Below are positions 57,005-64,000 of a DNA stretch of 64,000 bases, one piece after another; the first letter of the stretch is position 1; each line of letters begins with the position of its first letter. Both the position numbers and the translations under genes were made by a program. The DNA comes from a virus. Under the pieces are notes generated by a model. That model saw nothing but the letters and a program-made list of their open reading frames with translations, was not told where the DNA came from and ran no database searches. Where the stretch lies: IMG/VR virus record IMGVR_UViG_3300046792_000467; one strand, given 5' to 3'.

Positions 57005-58326
57005 TACTCGGGATCCCGACTCTGAATCGCTACGACCTGCTCGATAGGCTCATCGCCTCCGCGGAGGCCGGAACGGTGAAGCCTGACCGTTACGTCATTA
57101 TCGACAACGGAGGGAAGTATCGGCTTCCTGAGGCATTTCGTGCTCGCGACGACTTCGAGCTCGTGTCCCCGGGGAAAAACCTGGGCGTCGCGGCGTCGTG
57201 GAACCTCTTACTCGAGATGGCCGACGCCGATTCGATCGTGATCTCGAACGACGACATCGAGCTTCAACCGGATGCGCTCGAGAAATTCGCGGACGCATTC
57301 GAGTCCGGGCACGCGTTCATCGGCGCCTGCGGTGGCTGGGCGCTCTTCGGCCAAGCGCCCTCCGTTGCGGAGAAGATCGGTCTCTACGACGAGAACTTCG
57401 GCATGGCGTACTATGAGGACTGCGACTACTTGCTCCGTCTCCGCGCTGCCGGCATTCCCGTTCACGACCTCGGCTACATCGGGGCGCACGTCGGGAACGC
57501 TTCGACCCATGGCGGGACAGCGGAGGAGCAGGCTCTCGTCGCTCATAGCCGGGAGCGGAACTACGCCTACTTCGTCGCGAAGTGGGGCGCCGATAGCCCG
57601 CGCTGGGGCAATCCTCACGTGAAGAACTTCGCTGAGCCGTTTGATGGCATGCCTCCGCGCGGCTGGGCCAACAGGACGAACATGCGCGACATCATTGCGC
57701 CGATGCGCTGGGATGTCCTGAACTACATCGCGAAGAAGATCGGCGCGAAACGGTATCTCGAAATCGGAGTCGCGGACGGCTCTTGCATGCGTCGGATCGA
57801 GGTCGAAGAGAAATGGGGGGTCGATCCCAATCCGCAGCCGGGAGCCGTGTCCGCCTCGACGATATTCGTGCCCCGAACGAGCGACTTTTTCTTCGAGCGG
57901 CTTGCCTCGACATCGGGGCAATTCGATCTCGTCTTCATCGACGGCGACCATCGTGCCGAGCAGGTCTATCGGGAGGTACATGCAGCGGTGACGGTCCTGA
58001 GCCCGAAGGGCGTCATCTGTCTCCACGACTGTAACCCGCACTCGGAAGAGATGCAGCAGGTGCCGCTCGCCTCCGGATGGCAATGGACGGGTGATGTCTG
58101 GAAAGCCATCGCGCGTCTTCGGAGCGAGGAGGAGCACCGCGTACGAGTCATCCCGTCGGACTACGGAATCGGGATTGTGCTCCCCGGACGCCCTTGTTCT
58201 GCACCAAAGCTCCCTGCCGAATGGGACCGGTTGCTCTGGCGAGATCTCGTTGCGGGGCGCCGGGAGATCCTCGGTCTCATCGCTCCAGGGGAATGGCGTG
58301 AATACCTGGACAGTCAGCTCCAGTAG
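57001..58326 (+). CDS. fusion of a GT2 glycosyltransferase and a class I SAM-dependent methyltransferase
   Basis: N-terminal [13 protein letters not shown]...VIIDNGG...ISNDDIEL. C-terminal YLEIGVADGS...DLVFIDGDHRAEQVYRE...GVICLHD. Confidence 0.7.
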   Translation: MILGIPTLNRYDLLDRLIASAEAGTVKPDRYVIIDNGGKYRLPEAFRARDDFELVSPGKNLGVAASWNLLLEMADADSIVISNDDIELQPDALEKFADAFESGHAFIGACGGWALFGQAPSVAEKIGLYDENFGMAYYEDCDYLLRLRAAGIPVHDLGYIGAHVGNASTHGGTAEEQALVAHSRERNYAYFVAKWGADSPRWGNPHVKNFAEPFDGMPPRGWANRTNMRDIIAPMRWDVLNYIAKKIGAKRYLEIGVADGSCMRRIEVEEKWGVDPNPQPGAVSASTIFVPRTSDFFFERLASTSGQFDLVFIDGDHRAEQVYREVHAAVTVLSPKGVICLHDCNPHSEEMQQVPLASGWQWTGDVWKAIARLRSEEEHRVRVIPSDYGIGIVLPGRPCSAPKLPAEWDRLLWRDLVAGRREILGLIAPGEWREYLDSQLQ

Positions 58327-61532
<3,206 letters not shown>

Positions 61533-61536
61533 CCGA

Positions 61537-62361
61537 TCACTCCTTCACGAGCACGGATACCCCGATCTTGCCCTCGGCGTGGTTCTCGACCAGCGCCAAA
61601 AACCGTCCATCCGACGTCTCCTCTTTTGTCCCGAGCTTGAACTTGTCCGAGGCGGCGCTCAGCCCAGCAATCAGCGACACGGCCTCGTCGCTGAATTCGC
61701 TCGGCAGCGCTCGCCGGTACCCCTTCACCGGGCTCCGATCCGGGCGGAGCGCAATCGCCGCGTTCCATTTGTCGGCGCGAGCCCAGTCGCGTTCGCTCGG
61801 ACGGCAGTTGCCCCCGGTCGCATAGGCCGCAAATACCTTGGCGACCTTCGCTCGATCTGCGCGCTGCCCAGACCAAACCCCGCACTGCCGCGCCTGCGCG
61901 ACCCAAATCCGCGCCGTCGCTGCTGCACACAATTCAATCGCCTCGTCGGCCGTTCCGACCATCTTGTTCCACTCTTCTTCTGGCACCAGTTGCGAGACGT
62001 GGATCTGACCGAAGCAGTGCGCCTTGCCGTTGTCCTGCGTCCATTTGGGATGCTTGACTCCGGCCTGCACGCGCTCATCGAACAGCGTCTCCGCGTGCCA
62101 GAGCTCCAGCATCGCGAGCGAGAACTCTGTCGCGGTCCAGGCTTGCCCATTTGCATACGGCTCTGTCGCGTGAGCGAGCGCCGTCGTCATTCCCTGAAGC
62201 CTCATCTTGTACTCGGCCCGGGTTTCTCCAGGCGCCGACGAATGCGGCATCTTTTCCGCGGTTGCATAGAGCCACACGGCAAGCTTGTTCGGAGACGTCG
62301 CCGTCGCCTCGAATGCGACCAGGGCGATTGCCAGAGCGAGCAGAACTGTAATGCGCTTCAT
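61537..62361 (-). CDS. secreted protein, possibly lysozyme-like/SLT fold
   Basis: Signal peptide MKRITVLLALAIALVAFEATA. WHAETLF, GQIHV and AAYATGGN loosely follow the ES.F / GLMQ / AYNAG spacing. Confidence 0.4.
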   Translation of the reverse strand: MKRITVLLALAIALVAFEATATSPNKLAVWLYATAEKMPHSSAPGETRAEYKMRLQGMTTALAHATEPYANGQAWTATEFSLAMLELWHAETLFDERVQAGVKHPKWTQDNGKAHCFGQIHVSQLVPEEEWNKMVGTADEAIELCAAATARIWVAQARQCGVWSGQRADRAKVAKVFAAYATGGNCRPSERDWARADKWNAAIALRPDRSPVKGYRRALPSEFSDEAVSLIAGLSAASDKFKLGTKEETSDGRFLALVENHAEGKIGVSVLVKE

Positions 62362-62395
62362 GACGCGAAGCCTTGCACGTCTTCGCTGAGCCTGT

Positions 62396-62950
62396 CTACT
62401 TTCTGCTGCGCTTGGATTTTATCGGTTTGCCTAGCTGGTTACCAAACTGAATCCATCCTCGTCGCCGCTTCCGCGCGAAGAGCTCCACGTGCGGACCTTT
62501 CGTCAGCTTCTTCACGATCTTGTAGAACTCGTCGGGCTTCTCCGAGTGCGCGCCGAGCGGGGCATCGAACATCGAACGGATACTGCGGTTCGTCACCTTC
62601 CCCTTCCCGCGGCGGCCGATCAGGCACACCTCGTGACACATGCGTGTGTAGCGCCCCATGCCGAAGGCGAGCTTCCCGCTCTTCGTGAGCTTCCTCCACA
62701 CAATCTCGGACTTCGGAGTGAACCCCCAGGCCCGCATCACCGCGTAGGCCTCCTCTCCCATCGCGGATACGCGCCAAAGAAAGAGGATGGCGTCATCCGC
62801 GATCTTGATCTCAGGATGGTCCGTCAGGAACGTGAGGATACGACCATGCTTCTGCGTCCTGTAGTTCTTGGCAGCCCCACGCGTCTTTCCTGGCAGCTTG
62901 TCGCCGAACTGCCACGCCGGATCTGCAACGACAACCTTCGCGCGCCTCAA
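62396..62950 (-). CDS. MT-A70 family N6-adenine DNA methyltransferase
   Basis: VVADPAWQF (DPPW-type catalytic motif), LFLWR, VWRK and SEKPDEFY blocks. Confidence 0.8.
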   Translation of the reverse strand: MRRAKVVVADPAWQFGDKLPGKTRGAAKNYRTQKHGRILTFLTDHPEIKIADDAILFLWRVSAMGEEAYAVMRAWGFTPKSEIVWRKLTKSGKLAFGMGRYTRMCHEVCLIGRRGKGKVTNRSIRSMFDAPLGAHSEKPDEFYKIVKKLTKGPHVELFARKRRRGWIQFGNQLGKPIKSKRSRK

Positions 62951-63114
62951 TGCCCCGTCCCCTTGTAGGCGAAGAACACGAGGACGAAGAGAAGCTCACC
63001 GGGATGTAGTCCGCGGCGCCAAGTGCTGCACTTCTGGCAGATTTTCAGATCTCCTCGACGCACGAACTCGTGGGCGCACGCTTCCTGCTCTGGCGTCTCC
63101 TTGATCCACTTCAT
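62947..63114 (-). CDS. small zinc-ribbon/membrane protein (55 aa)
   Basis: Internal Met MKWIKE with ATGA overlaps on both sides. Confidence 0.35.
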   Translation of the reverse strand: MKWIKETPEQEACAHEFVRRGDLKICQKCSTWRRGLHPGELLFVLVFFAYKGTGH

Positions 63115-63386
63115 GGCCACTCCGAGCACGCGATCACGCGCGGCGAGCGTCCTGTCAGGAACTCTCCCCACATCGAGCGAGATTCGCCGTTGCTTCCGTT
63201 GAAGCGCAGGCGCTCCGCTCGCTCTGTCTCGCATTCCACGATAATGGCCTCCTCGATATCCTCCGGATCGGAACCCTGCTCCTCCCCCGTCTCGTACAAT
63301 AGTTCCAGCACGTGCCGCGGGTGCAGCGCCGAGACCCAATACGTGGCGCCCCCGACCTTCGCCTCGTAAAGCTTCGTTTCGACCAT
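63111..63386 (-). CDS. hypothetical protein (91 aa)
   Basis: ORF track; overlap-coupled. Confidence 0.45.
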   Translation of the reverse strand: MVETKLYEAKVGGATYWVSALHPRHVLELLYETGEEQGSDPEDIEEAIIVECETERAERLRFNGSNGESRSMWGEFLTGRSPRVIACSEWP

Positions 63387-63691
63387 CAGCCGATCTCCCC
63401 CCAGCTCAGGTGTCCGCGTCCATGCTTCGCGATCCAGTCGCGGACCGGCCCGCTCTCGTCGTCCTCCTCCCCCTCATCGACGGTCAGGATCTCGTCCGGC
63501 CCGAGCGTCTGCCACGTCCAATCCGGTGGGTCGTATCCCTCCTGCCGTTCCGCTTCGGAAAAGCCTTCTTTTTCTCGATACTCGGCCAGCAGCTTCTCGG
63601 CTGCCTCCTGGCTCTCCGCGATCACCCAGTGCGCCTCGTAGATGTCGTGATCGTGCGCGACGAACATCTGAAGTTCGAGAGCGTCGGTCAT
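63386..63691 (-). CDS. hypothetical acidic protein (101 aa)
   Basis: ORF track. Confidence 0.45.
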   Translation of the reverse strand: MTDALELQMFVAHDHDIYEAHWVIAESQEAAEKLLAEYREKEGFSEAERQEGYDPPDWTWQTLGPDEILTVDEGEEDDESGPVRDWIAKHGRGHLSWGEIG

Positions 63692-63990
63692 CCGAGCGTC
63701 CTCGGTAGGGTCCCGGAGAGCGGAAGAGGGAGCGGCTTGATTCGTCCCTCAGCCAGATCATCTACGCCGACCGGCTTCGAGCCGATGAATTTGCGATCCC
63801 ACTCGCATTCGAGTTCGTGAAATAAGTGCCACGCCACCCGCTCGAGATTCACGGCCGACAGAGGCAGCAGGAGATTCCATCGCAGGCACTCTTCGCCTTC
63901 GGCGAGACCAAAATACACCACGCGCGCGCCGAGCCGGATGAGCTCCTCTCTATCCGCAGTGAGGACGTCGTAGTCCCCGGTGTCTCGCAA
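63688..63990 (-). CDS. hypothetical protein (100 aa; start close to the window edge)
   Basis: ORF track. Confidence 0.4.
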   Translation of the reverse strand: MRDTGDYDVLTADREELIRLGARVVYFGLAEGEECLRWNLLLPLSAVNLERVAWHLFHELECEWDRKFIGSKPVGVDDLAEGRIKPLPLPLSGTLPRTLG

Positions 63991-64000
63991 TCGCTGGTAG

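Overview
GC-rich, very densely packed, phage-like genome segment of about 120 ORFs. Genes lie in alternating-strand blocks with many 4-nt ATGA/GTGA start/stop overlaps. I saw no rRNA or tRNA genes. Recognisable content:
- a 1359-aa tyrosine-recombinase-domain protein
- long blocks of small early-type ORFs: zinc ribbons, an RHH protein, an RyR-domain protein, a HAD nucleotidase and a dual-specificity phosphatase
- a divergent control region at about 22.7 kb
- several peptidoglycan hydrolases: SLT, SGNH, M15, amidase_2 and a degenerate LytM
- a six-member family of fibre-like proteins that share an N-terminal module, most of them fused to collagen-like G-x-T repeats
- a glycosyltransferase/methyltransferase cassette
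- an MT-A70 DNA methyltransferase

Headline: positions 32.6-36.8 kb hold a compact type V CRISPR-Cas locus. It consists of a 54-aa HTH ORF, a 583-aa Cas12/TnpB-like effector, an unknown 200-212-aa ORF, and a co-oriented array of 21 repeats (36 nt each) made of two repeat sub-families. There are no cas1/cas2/cas4, Tn7 or TnpA genes in the window.

Aligned by eye, the effector keeps the zinc ribbon and the RuvC-III Asp. It has no Asp at the RuvC-I position (RIGMR where GIDLG is expected) and has Gln at the RuvC-II Glu position. This suggests a nuclease-inactive, RNA-guided DNA binder carried by a phage. That is a hypothesis and needs structure-based alignment and biochemistry.

All calls come from reading the ORF track and the sequence only. 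No database search was possible. Most small ORFs are hypothetical proteins, and their start codons are tentative.
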